Below, one piece after another: positions 15,540 to 27,158 of a stretch of DNA of 64,000 nt. A model generated the notes under the pieces. That model was given only the letters and a program-made list of their open reading frames with translations, made no database searches and had not been told where the DNA came from. Source of the stretch: Zootoca vivipara (lineage: Eukaryota); assembly GCF_963506605.1 (NCBI RefSeq), contig NC_083285.1:43462001-43526000 (forward strand), read 5' to 3'. Position 1 is the stretch's first letter. Each line of letters starts with the position of its first letter. Both the position numbers and the translations under genes were made by a program.

Positions 15540-17100
15540 CATACGCTTAAACCGGGAGTAAGCCTCGCGGAAATGAATGGAACTTATTTCTGAGCAGGCA
15601 TTATTTACAGGGCTGGGCTGCGGGGCTCCTATCCTAAACGTGGAGTAAGCCCCACTGAAAACGGAGGGCCTTACTTGCGAGTAAGCCTGTTTACGCTTCC
15701 CCCCCCTTTCTCGTCCCCGTCTGAATCCATTTTCGCGTGCCACGTACACCAGCCCGTACCCTTGGAGCTGCCGTCGCCGCCCCTTGGCGACACTCTCGCC
15801 CTACTTGTGCCTCAGGACTCGGAGGGGGGAAGCCGGCCTCTCGTCGCCTCAGGAGGGAGCGTCGGCAAGGGGCGTGAAGAGGGCCCGGGGTACCCGCTCC
15901 GCGCTCCTTCAAAGGGGATGAACGAAGTGCCCGGAAGGACAAGGGGAGGCACCGCCGCCAGAACGAACGGAGCCGGTCGGAGAGAGAGGGAAGTGCCGGA
16001 GCTACCTCCGGGCGCGTGAGGGGGACCGGAGGCGCCAGGATCCGGAGTCCGGGATGACGGGGCCCTCGGTCTCCGCTGCCCATCGGCCGCCGGGCCTACC
16101 TTGCTGGTGAGGTCGAGCTCGGGCTCCCCATTGAGCACCTCGCCGTCCTCGCTGCAGTCCGAGTCCGCAACGCCCCGGTGGAACCTGGAAGAGGCCGCCA
16201 CTGCCCCGCCGTGAGATGCGGGCTCCGGGGCGAACATAGAGGCCGGCACCGGCGAGCCCCCCATCGGGGAGCGACTTCGCTCCGTCGCCATCTTGGCAGC
16301 CCCGGCCTCCTTCTCCTGCCTCATTAGCATAGGCCCCGCCCACCCCGCGTCGACCAAGCAAGGAACCCGCCGAGCTCCGCCCCGAACGAGCCTGTTTAAT
16401 AATTTAGTACCCTGTTGACCAATCGGGCAGCAGCGCTATTAATAATTGCTGTATTGCTATGACAACCCGCAGCTAGAGTTTATTAATATGAATGAGCAAT
16501 GCCTCCTTCGAAGAATCTTTTTGCGGTTCCTCCGGTTAAGAAAATAAAAGCAGCAGTGGCAGCAGGCGCTACTGGGATTTTTATTTATCTCTATGCGTAT
16601 TCTGGAAACTCCGGGTGGGAGCGGGGCGGTGTTATATTTCTACCTGCTCGCGGCCAATGGGAGGGAAGAATGCATGATAAACAAAGTTCCTCGCCAATCG
16701 TGGCAAATACTTAAGTAATAGGCGGGAATGGAGCCTCCGCCAATCAGAGAGCAAGATTACGGCCGAGGTGAGTAGGTGAGAAAAGAAGGCGGGAATTTGA
16801 TCGTGGCGGCCAATAAGAAGGAATGTACATATGCAATAGCCAATCAAATACCCCAACCCATTTTGTGATTGAATGGGGATTTCCTCTATTCTGTCTCTGA
16901 GACAGATTGTCTCGCCCGGGATAATCTCTGGCAAAAGCTGATGAAACGGGGTTGAAATAAATCGGTTTGAGCGGTGATAATCTTATGCAATCGAGCAGCC
17001 TTCCGTGACTTTCGCCCAAGGCCAATAACGTTTTATTTCCTTGTTTTTCAGCCTCATTTTGAGAGCGAGGAGGTGGCACTGAAACGTGTCTGGACTAATC
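15540..17100 (-). promoter_or_regulatory. GTPBP1 CpG island and promoter with CCAAT-box array
   Basis: CpG-rich around exon 1. CCAAT at 16419, 16654, 16694, 16740, 16810, 16840, 17022; GC boxes; YY1-like AAGATGGCG over the start codon. Confidence 0.75.
16100..16291 (-). CDS. GTPBP1: GTP-binding protein 1, coding exon 1
   Basis: aagATGG start; [24 protein letters not shown]...DLTSK then GTAGG donor; lies in CpG island. Confidence 0.95.
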
Positions 17101-17596
17101 TCCAAATCCTTCGTGTAAATCGGTGAAGCCTCTCTCAGCCCCAGCGCTTTTGTTTTGGCACTGGTATTCCTGGTTTCGCATTTCTTATTCATTAGGAATA
17201 AATTGAACCGCCCCCGGGGGCTTCAGCCAGCGGACAAGCAATAATAATAATGCTACTGCCATTGTTATTACCTGTTCTTCACCAGCAGGTCCCAGGGCAG
17301 GTTAAGACAATCTAAAGTTCAAATTTAAAAATCACTTAAAATACATGACATTTGTAGGAAAAATGTGTGTCTTTCTTAAAACACGTCTTAGAAGGCTGAC
17401 CTGTACAAGCACTCAAAGACTAAAATTCTTTTGAGGGTTTTTTTTTATCTAGATACAGTATTTTAAGTTTCTTTAGATAGACAAATATTTTATACAAAAA
17501 TTTTATACAGTATTTGTGTTCAATCTAGTCTGCACCTTTAGTAAAAGCAAGCAAGCTTTTTGGTATTTTAAATACAGTGTTAACATGTTTTACAGC

Positions 17597-18318
17597 AAAA
17601 TAAAAAAATTCCTTCAGTAGCACCTTAAAGACCAACTAAGTTTTTATTTTGGTATGAGCTTTCGTGTGCATGCACACTTCTTCAGATACAGTGAAATGGA
17701 AGTTTCCAGGCACTTATGTAGAGAAGGGGTGGGGAGGGGTGGGGATGGGGAGGGGGGATCACTCAGAAGGGTGGTGGAAATGGGTGATTGACTGACTGAT
17801 AGCTGTTGATGACCGCAAACGACTGCAAATGGTTTTGCATGAAAAAGCAAGGGTTGAGATGGCTGAAGATCGCTTATCATGTATAATGAGATAAGAACCC
17901 GATATCTCTGTTCAAACCAGGTCCCTCCATGGTTTTGAGCTTGGTGATAAGTTGCAATTCAGCAACTTCTCTTTCCAGTCTATTTCTGAAATTCTTTTGT
18001 AGTAAGACAGCTACTTTGAGATCTTGTATAGAATGTCCTGGGAGATTGAAGTGTTCTCCTACTGGTTTTTCTGTCTTCTGGTTCCTGATGTCAGATTTAT
18101 GTCCATTTATCCTTTGGCGTAGGGTTTGGCCTGTTTGTCCAATATAGAGAGCTGAAGGGCACTGTTGGCATTTGATGGCATACACAATGTTAGAGGATGA
18201 GCAATTAAATAGTCCTGAGATGGTATGTTGGATGTTGTTGGGGCCAGTAATGGTGTTGTCTGGGTGTATGTGGCAGCAAAGTTGGCATCTTTTTACAGCA
18301 TAAGCTTTCCTGGGCCTG
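17597..18318 (-). mobile_element. 5'-truncated Penelope-like retroelement with intact GIY-YIG endonuclease end and 3' pLTR
   Basis: ORF ending at 17877: C..C.H...FNCSSSNIVYAIKCQQCPSALYIGQTGQTLRQRINGH...VGEHFNLPGH...GLN; followed by hammerhead-bearing terminal repeat. Confidence 0.92.
17652..17689 (-). ncRNA. Minimal type I hammerhead ribozyme motif (Penelope pLTR)
   Basis: Minus strand GUAU-CUGAAGA-a-GUGUGCAUGCACAC-GAAA-GC-UC^AUAC: conserved core, hairpin stem II, palindromic AGCU stem III, stem I GUAU/AUAC. Confidence 0.75.
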
Positions 18319-19229
18319 TAAAAGGTAAAGGTAAAGGCCAATAAGCAAGGCGGAAGAATCATACAGACCAATTAACCTACGTATCTTCTCAAAATACAAA
18401 ATTCTTCCACAAAAAAATTCAGATACTATATAGACATGTATATACTGTATCTGAAATACATAAGGAAGAGAGGGAAATGCTGTATCTTTGTGGAGTCACA
18501 ATATTTCAAGCACCGCAAGAGAGCTGTGTTTTATTGTACTATTCAGTGCTCAATAATGAAATTCAATCCAGTCAGTATGGGCGTTGCCAAAATCTGACAA
18601 TTAGTGACCAGTTCTTAATAAAAAGAGCAAGGTAAAATTAGTGATATTGTGAACACTAGGGTTTTTCTTCTCACTGATGACATGAGGAAATGCAAGATTT
18701 GGAGGAGGAAAAATAACACCAGCAACCATAACTTTTATTATTTTTAAAATAAATACAATAAATCACAGGTCAAAGTGGTGACTGCTCAGTTGCATAAGAT
18801 TACAACAGCTGAGAATTATTGTGTTTCAGACTTGTGTAATAAGCATTGTCTAAGGATTGCCCCAGACCCAGACTTTGAAATCTCAGTGTGAGAGAAGTAA
18901 ATAGAGGAGATCCCCATTCATTTATACATACAATATAAAGATATAGGGAGCTGAGGGCCACTTATTTCCGTGGGTGAAAAAATCTCAGAAAATATTAAAA
19001 GCATTGATGAGGACTTGGATTTTCATGACATTTGGAATGGCTGGATTTATCAGCTTTTAGTCTACTTATAGTCTGTATCCTGTATAATATTAATTTGGTT
19101 GATGAGTTATCCTGTGGAATGATGATTGAATTGCCTATGTTAGCTGTTGAATTTGTTCCCAATTTGCATTGGTAAGGACAGATGTGACTGACAGATGGAA
19201 GTGGAATATTGGCCAGGCAACAGATAGCC

Positions 19230-19990
19230 CTGTCATTTTATATGCTGGTTAACATTATAGTGGAATGATTTGGAGTCTCAGACTGCGCTGCTATCAATAT
19301 GTTGACAACATGCAACTTGAATTCTTTGTCACAGCTAAAGCAGGTGTGAGGTGGATGTGCTGGATCAGTGCCTGGTTTCTGTAATGCACTGGGTGAGAGC
19401 AAACAAACTGAAGTACAATCAGCGTAACACTGTGACCCTGTTAATGGGTGTTTCATCTCTCTGGATGAGGTTACACTTCCCTTGATGTGTCGCTTGAAGA
19501 AACAAGTGTGCTGTTGGGTACACTTGGATTCAACCCAGTCATTTCGCACAAGGAGCTTCAGTGGCACAGAGTGCCTTCTACCAGCTTTGGCTGGTAGCCC
19601 AGGTGCAACCCTGTCTGGATAGGGATAGCCTGACCTTGCTTGTCTATTTTCTAGTAACCTCCAGTTTAAACTTTGAAGACTGTTTGGAAGAGAAAAAAAA
19701 CCTACAGCTAATACAGAATGTAGCTATTAAATTGTTAACTGGGACAAGAAGGTGTTAATACAAAGCATGGGACCTGGCCAGTACAAATTGGCTGCCCGTT
19801 TGTTTCTGTACCCAGTTCAAAGTGCTGTTTTGACCTTGAAAATATCTACTGTATACCTAAAAGACTGTCTTCATATGAATCTGTCTAGAACCCAAGATGG
19901 TTATCTGCAGTCCTCCTTTGTGTCCTCCCCCCCCAGGGGTAAGTAGGGGTGGCAAAGAGAGAAAAACTATTTATAGTCACCTAATTCATA
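19230..19990 (+). mobile_element. Old degenerate L2/CR1-group LINE ORF2 3' fragment
   Basis: Broken frames give AFYQLWLVAQVQPCLDRDSLTLLV...LQLIQNVAIKLLTG, typical of the L2 ORF2 C-terminus. Confidence 0.7.
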
Positions 19991-20181
19991 GAATGCTGTC
20001 CACAAGGTGCCAACCAAGTCATTTTAGCACCAGGCAAATACTGTATGTATTTATTTTTCTGGGCATTTGGGCAACATATTATTACAAAATGTGTTTTTTA
20101 TATATTTCTGTTGCTTTATTAATGATTTTTTTAAACAGTACTTAGTTGTAAATCATTTTGGCACATTTATTTTAGTAGATA

Positions 20182-20762
20182 TGGGACAAGAGGCGGGCAG
20201 GTGTGGAGGACTCCCTGGGCCTGAATGGGGTAAATGTGCCCCTGAAGGACCGAGTGCGCAGCCTGGGAGTCATTTTGGACTCACAGCTGTCCATGGAGGC
20301 GCAGGTCAATTCTGTATCCAGGGCAGCTGTTTATCAGCTCCATCTGGTATGCAGGCTGAGACCCCACCTGCTAGACTGACCTTTAAAGCCCTAAACGGCC
20401 TCGGCCCAGTATACCTGAAGGAGCGTCTCCACCCCCATCATTCTGCCCGGACACTGAGGTCCAGTGCCAGGGGCCTTCTGGCAGTTCCCTCGCTGCGAGA
20501 AGCCAGGTTACAGGGAACCAGGCAGAGGGCCTTTTTAGTAGTGGCACCCACCCTGTGGAACGCCCTCCCACCAAAGAGAAAGAGAAAAACAACTACCAGA
20601 CTTTTAGGAGACATCTGAAGGCAGCCCTGTTTAGCGAAGCTTTTAAAGTTTATTAGATAATTGTATTTTAATATCTTGTTGGAAGCCGCCCACAGTGGCT
20701 AGGGAAACCCAGCCAGATGGGCGGGGTATAAATAATTTATTATTATTATTACTATTATTATT
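20182..20762 (+). mobile_element. Young L2 LINE 3' fragment with internal deletion and (TTA)n tail
   Basis: LTFKALNGLGPVYLKERLHPHHSARTLRSS...RAFLVVAPTLWNALP; 3' end GGAAGCCGCCCA...AGATGGGCGGGGTATAAATAA(TTA)n. Confidence 0.85.
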
Positions 20763-21109
20763 AGGTAAAGGGACCCCTGACAGTTAAATCCAGTCACAGA
20801 CAACGCTGGGGTTATGGCGCTCACCTCTCTTTACTGGCCGAGGGAGCCGACTTAGTTTCTGGGTCATGTGGCCAGGATAATAAGCCGCTTCTGGCGAACC
20901 AGAGCAGCGTACGGAAACGCCGTTTACCTTCCTGCCAGAGCAGTACCTATTTATCTACTTGCACTTTGACGTGCTTTCAAACTGCTAGGTTGATATGAGC
21001 AGGAACTGAGCAACGGGAGCTCACCCCATTGCGGGGATTCGAACCGCCAACCTTCTGATCAGCAAGCCCTAGGCTCTGTGGTTTTAGACCACAGCGCCAC
21101 TCACATCCC
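20763..21109 (-). mobile_element. Sauria SINE, full length
   Basis: tRNA-like head GTGGCGCTGTGG..GGTTCGAATCCCC and TTTACCT tail; similar to the copy at 32285. Confidence 0.88.
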
Positions 21110-21239
21110 ATTTTAGTAGATAGTGATATATAAATTCAGCATATGTAACCTAACCTATATAAAGCTTGCCTTCTTTATGGTCCTTAAATCTTAAAGACTG
21201 CCCATCTGATGTTGGACTAACATGCTAATCAGTCCTAGT

Positions 21240-21422
21240 CATAGGAACCAACTCCTAGGGGCCGTGGGGTCTTCAGCCTCCCAATAAAATATTTGAGGGG
21301 GCCACCCCCCCCAGTTGATGGGCATTGTCATTCAAATGGTGTACATGCACCGTGTTGTGTGATCAATTATGTGGGGTGGGGTTTACCTGCCCCTTAGTAT
21401 TTTATTCAAGTTGGCACCCCTG
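21240..21422. mobile_element. hAT-type MITE remnant
   Basis: Imperfect TIRs CATAGGAACCAACT/AGTTGGCACCCCTG. Confidence 0.45.
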
Positions 21423-22299
21423 GGTCTAGCGGTATCCCTCCATTAGCTTTTTTTGGGTATGAAATATTAGACCCACTTTTTAAAAAATGAATTGAAAAAA
21501 CTACATTTGTGAGGAAAAGTAGTGAGAGACAAGAATTTGTAAATAAGTTCCTGCTCCCAACAAGCACCAAGAGGCAAGAGAGGCTAACTTTGGTTACTGG
21601 CTCCCAGTTCTAATTTGAAATACTGCACAACCGCATCAACAGACTGAATAAATAAATCAAGGCCACTTCAGCTTCATCCCCGAGAAAAGGTACATTCACC
21701 AGCGCAGAGGCTCCCAAACTGTGGTCCTGCGTTGAGGGGGGGGGGGAGAATATTTTGGGAATCACTGCAGTAGGGTAGGAGGAGGATCTTTGCTGCTCCA
21801 GCACAAACGGGCAGCGGCTGTCAGGCATGCAAGCTGCCTGAAATACAGTGGTACCTCGGTTTAAGAACAGCCCTGTTCAGTATACGATGTATGCACCGAT
21901 TGAAATGTTTCCCAATGATGTCAGGCACCCAAACGGAGCGCGTGAGACGAGGTGTGTTAAAATAATGACTCTCTGACTCAAAGGCATGCATATCGTTAAT
22001 TATATTTTTATCCCGCCCGCCACAGCTTAGGAATGCCTACACTCGCCTTTTATGTTCTTAACAACACCCCTGTGAAGTGGGTCGGGGCTCAGAAGACGCC
22101 TTGCAGAGAATTCCGGGCTTCATAGGCTTGAGGAGGAATTGTGAACACGACGCGGCGGTCCATGCCCAACCCTCAGCCACAGAACCCCACACTGCCTACT
22201 ATAATAAGGCAAAGCTCAAGCCGCACGCACATCCGAGGGTGCCTAGCTACGGTAGCTAGCTAGCTAGCGTAGCAGGGTTAAGATTTCAGAAGAGATTGC

Positions 22300-23100
22300 A
22301 AAGGTAACATCTCCGGCGCCGTCTGCAGCTGCTTGCGCTGAAAGGGAGGAGGGAGAGAGAGAGAGCGCCGCCTTCTCTGACGTCACGTGGAACCCTGCTC
22401 CATAGGCCCGCGCCGGGGGCGGGCTCAAGCGCGTTCACACACACAGGCGCGCGCGACGGGGAAGGGCTCTGTTATGGTTGCGCATGCGCTGGATGCTGGG
22501 TGGTTGTTGGGCTTCAGCAGGTTGGGGCCGCTAACGGGTGAGTAGTAGCGTGACGGGGGGACGGGGCGAGTGGTCGCGAAGGGAAGAGAGGCGTTCCGTG
22601 TGTGTCCCCACCCTCACCCCAAAAAACAAGAATGCGGGAGGGCCTGTGGGGTTGCCTCCCACCTGAGTAGAGCTCTTTTCTCCCACACGTCACCCTGGAT
22701 AGTATCTCCTTCTTCTTCCTCCCCCCCCTCAAAAGACTCTCCGGTTCCCCCTTATCCCGAGTTGGCGAGTTCAACGCCTCCCCCCCTCCGCGCCCCACAG
22801 TCCAGAGAAGGAGCTGCCACAAGCAGCGCCTGCCCCCCCCCCCCCCACGTCCCCCTGAGCGGGCACAGGGGCCTGCTGACTGCATGACTGCGGTTCCCCA
22901 GGACAGGCCAGAATTGCTGCGATTGCAAGCACTCCCCCCTCGCAGCTCCTGCACGCGCCTCTCCTGCCCGCACTTAACGGCGGGATATTGGCACCCTCCG
23001 TGACGCCGAGGAGGGCTGGGTGTGCTTGTGAGGCAAAGGAAAACCCATCTTTTCGGATGTGGGAGTTGGAGGGTCGGGAACCCCAGATCACATAAGACAG
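22300..23100 (+). promoter_or_regulatory. JOSD1 CpG-island promoter and non-coding first exon (donor at 22538)
   Basis: CRE TGACGTCA 22378-22385 overlapping E-box CACGTG 22384-22389; NRF1 TGCGCATGCGC 22479-22489; CGG|gtgagt donor. Confidence 0.7.
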
Positions 23101-23911
23101 GCCTTCCTTGCACCTTCGAGACTTTTTGGTTTTGTTTTGTTTATGCAGAGCAGTTCTGGAAACCCTTTTCTGGGGTGCTGTTGTAAAAAAGTCGGTAACC
23201 GGGCACTGATAATTCTGTACTTCATTGGATCTCTTCTTTCTCCCATCAGGAACACAGGAAGCGCTGGGCAAGGAATTTTGTATCTGGTGAAGTTGGAGGA
23301 CAACCCCCCCACCCTACTGCCCTGGAAGAAATAGTCTGTTTCCCTGTCTCTCTGCATCTGGGGACACAGCCTCTCCAACAAGATTGCAAAAATGCAGTTG
23401 ATGCCTCTCTGGGGGCCCTGTATTCCTTTTGGACAGCACCAACTTGGCCTTGCTTAATTACATGATAATTTGTCTTCCCTCACACCTTTTTTGTTATTGT
23501 TGTTAGATTGGGCATATTTTAAGAGTTAGGCTGTGGATCTTTGTCTTGGAGGCATCATTGACCAAAGGAAATGGAGGAAAAAGAGCGATGTGATACATTC
23601 TATATGACATTCTGATGTTAAGGCCATATAAAACATTTTTCAAGGGGAGGCCAAGAAAAAGATGCAAATATACTAAGGACGGTTCCTTGCAGGCTAAAGG
23701 AGGTGGGAGGGTGGGAGAAAAATGATTAAAATCTTTAAGTTATTTCTGCAGCCATCCCGTGAAGACAACTATTAAAGTAACAGCAGGTGTTCCACTTGTG
23801 TGGGCTGGAGTTGTCTAGAAAAGAAAGGCTGCTTGCTCTGCTTTTTGTGTGGTGGGGAGAAACTTCATAAACTTTGTCATCTATCTTCACGTCCTACACT
23901 ACAAAAAAAAA

Positions 23912-24096
23912 ATGAGTTGTGTGCCATGGAAAGGTGACAAAATAAAATCGGAATCATCTGAAACACCACAGCCGATGCCAGTGCGTATTTATCATGAAAA
24001 ACAGCGCAGGGAGTTATGTGCTCTCCATGCCCTCAATAATGTCTTCCAGGACGGCAATGCCTTTACACGAGACACATTACAGGAGATTTTCCAAAG
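23912..24096 (+). CDS. JOSD1: Josephin-1 coding exon 1
   Basis: [10 protein letters not shown]...[22 protein letters not shown]...EIFQR|gtaag. Confidence 0.96.
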
Positions 24097-26213
24097 GTAA
24101 GAAGAACTTGGTTTGGCCAGCATTATGTTAAGGGGGTGTGTGTGTTTTGTTTTCTGTACATGCATTCACTTCTTTAGTTGGATTAGTGCCTCAGAAACTC
24201 TTCGTGGGTTGGGTGAGTTTCCAGAATTTTAACACTGATTCTGAATGGTTTCTTATTTCATCAATCACACACATTTTACTAAGGAGACCACCAATACAGT
24301 TTGCCCTTTTGTCCGGGGTTCTGCCTCTCTGTACTAGCTTCTGAAACAGAAACAAAATCCTCTTAGAGCTGCGCTTTGTATAGGTTCTTTAATGTGTAAT
24401 TAAAAAGAAGGCACACAGGCAAAATGTAGCCAGGGGATCTCATGAAAACACTTATTTCCTGATGTTAAATACAATTCTTGCTGTCCTGGGTATGGTGGAC
24501 CATCATCCCTCAGGCTACATCTGCCAGTCCATCAAAGCTCTGCCTGCTCTTTTGGAAACAGTGTCTTCTGCAAGTCCTGCTCTTAACTCTTCCATACACC
24601 ATACCATTCAACTACCCAAGTTGCTTCTGCTGCATCTGCTCCTTTGATTCACACACCACTGCTCTCCATGCTCCCTCTTTTGTTATCCAACTAAACAGTA
24701 GCTGATATGGTCCCATTATTGTATTCTGTGTTAGTAACTAGCTTGAAAACAGTGCTTGGAACTGAAAAAAATAGGTGGTAGTCCTTGCATGTATGCTTAA
24801 TCATTTATTTACTACTTAAATGTTTTGAGAAATGTCCTACTCAGCCATTTGCAAACTGAAATTCCCCCAATCTCTCTTTATAGATAGTCTTGTGCACCCT
24901 TAATAATGAGTAAATATAACGGAGGGGCTTACTCTTGAGTAAAAATGCCTAGGATCATGCATATATTTTAAAGCTGGTAGTCTGAAGTTTTTGTTGAAAA
25001 TTAAAATAGATAATATAGTAAAGGTAATAGTTCCTGTGTTGTTTATGCAGTGTTTTCTTGTTCTTCTGGGAGTTCTTCATATTCCTTGAGACACTTGGGA
25101 GGCTTAATTTAAGACACAGTACATTTAAGTGGGTTCCCTTGAGTTTCTATCTTGAACTTATTGGAACTGAAAAGAGAAGTTTGTGTAAATGTTCAGGAAC
25201 ATTTAGAAAAGTTCTTAACGTCTAGGTTCCTGATGAAGGATTCCGAGGCTTACGTCTTTACAAATGTAATTGTTGAAGGATTATGGCTGTAATTAATGAA
25301 CCCACAAAACTTGCCTATCACACACCAGAGCAAAGTGGCCCTATGCAGTCCTAATTTGTTTAATACATCTTTGCCTGCTTTCTTTACTGTCTTAGATCAT
25401 AGACTGTTGTATTGGTTACCATGAGCGTGTGAAATGGATCAAAGCAGATCTTTCTCGCCTATTCAAAAAGTGGCACTGTCTGTTGTTAACCTTTAGGGGA
25501 AAGGACAAGGTGCCCTTCGTTCCTCCAGAGCAATTATGGATGAACAAATGTCATTTGGCTGTGGAGAGATCATGGTAAATGTCTGAGGATTGCTCATTTC
25601 CAGATGCCAGTCATAATTACAGATTGAGCTTGTTGGGACACCACATATAGCTTGTTCATGTGATTGAAGCCAGCGTGACCTACTTGGCTTTGTTCAGACA
25701 ATAGTTGATGTTTGAATCTTACTGGAGTGTCGTGCTCTTTCAACACAGAGAGGTATCTGAAACCATGAAATCAAGAATTTTACCAGTTTTTCAAAAGTGT
25801 AGAAATCATTGTAATTCTTCTATTTTGGATGAAGTCTATCAGGGCCCAGGCATCTGTTTAGTGTTTTGAAAGTTGATTCTTGCCACTCTTTGAAAATTTG
25901 CTGTCTTTTATTGTAGGTTCTGCAATGGTTCATTGTAATATTCTATGTTAGCAATGACTTTCATTTTCTTTTTTGAGGGATATAAATCCGGTGACAGAAA
26001 AGCAGTAGGTTTACTTTCACAACACTCAGTGCACTTCCCCATTCCCTGTCCATCCCAGCACCTATCTCTTGCTACAAATGCACAGACAGAGTAGTGGACA
26101 TAATTTATTAACCTTTTTGTCCATCTTCAGCTATCTTTCCCCAACTGGTCAGCCTTGCTTCATCATCCGCTTGGGACCAATGCTATCTTCATGTTTCGAC
26201 AATGTGTTTTCAG

Positions 26214-26342
26214 GTTGTCTCCCAACACCATGGTGACACCCCACAAGAAAAGCATGCTGGGAAACGGGAACTATGACGTGAACGTCATCATGGCAGCTCT
26301 TCAGACCAAAGGTTATGAAGCAGTTTGGTGGGATAAGCGCAG
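26214..26342 (+). CDS. JOSD1: Josephin-1 coding exon 2
   Basis: [43 protein letters not shown], 129 nt. Confidence 0.96.
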
Positions 26343-26453
26343 GTAAAGAGAACCAGACTGTCAAGCCATCATTGGAACTGGCTTCTTCCTAGTTGGGTTT
26401 ATAAATAACTGTAAGAGCCTAACAGTTTCTTTCTTCTGCGATTCTCTGTTCAG

Positions 26454-26648
26454 GGATGTCAGTGTAATTGCCCTCTCCAATGTGATGGGCTTCATTATGA
26501 ATCTGCCATCAAGCCTCTGCTGGGGTCCATTGAAACTTCCTCTTAAACGGCAACACTGGATCTGTGTCCGGGAAGTGGGAGGTATCTACTATAACCTTGA
26601 CTCTAAACTCAAGGTGCCTGAATCCATTGGAGGTGAAAGTGAGCTCAG
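26454..26648 (+). CDS. JOSD1: Josephin-1 coding exon 3
   Basis: [65 protein letters not shown], 195 nt. Confidence 0.96.
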
Positions 26649-27112
26649 GTAGGTTTTCTTCCATCCTAGCCGGTATAACCTAGGTGCCTGTCCTCTGAAC
26701 ATATTGTAAATTGAAACGCATAATCCGTACAGTGTAGATTGCTTTTAATCTCTCAGAGATGAAGGGAGTAAAGTGTACCAACAATGGTGAAGAATGAAAA
26801 CAAAAGCCTAGACTTTGTCCTTATCCTTCACTTTTTTGCAACAGAATTAGCAGAGATTCAAAATTTAGTCCAGTACTGTAATAGGAACCCATTTTCAGGG
26901 CAAGGGCAACATTACCCTGGTGGAAAGTTGTTGGGGGCTGCGTTCCACTGGCAGGTGCAACCAGAACCATACACACACACACAGTCGTTTTTTCCTCTTT
27001 TTAGTTTATTTAGTATTTAATTCATAGTAAGGCTCAAGGCTCACCTTCCATTTTCTTCATACACTTTTTAAACAAAGTTTGTTAAAGGGTGTTACTGTCT
27101 TTTGAACAGTAA

Positions 27113-27113
27113 G

Positions 27114-27158
<45 letters not shown>
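27113..27158. repeat. (TTA)n microsatellite
   Basis: About 15 perfect ATT units in JOSD1 last intron. Confidence 0.95.

Noticed and set aside
16292-16330. In-frame upstream ATGs (16330, 16324) giving an 11-13 aa N-terminal extension of GTPBP1
   Set aside because: Homology starts at MATERSRS with a strong Kozak context. The TSS is unknown, so the extension cannot be supported.
15537-16361. Several long ORFs around GTPBP1 exon 1
   Set aside because: CpG-island artefacts; only 16100-16291 matches GTPBP1 and ends at a donor.
20067-20618. 183-aa ORF
   Set aside because: Chimeric reading across flank and a deleted L2 ORF2 fragment; not a host gene.
22514-23381. ORFs up to 199 aa near the JOSD1 promoter
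   Set aside because: GC-rich promoter/intron 1, low-complexity translations, no recognisable domain.
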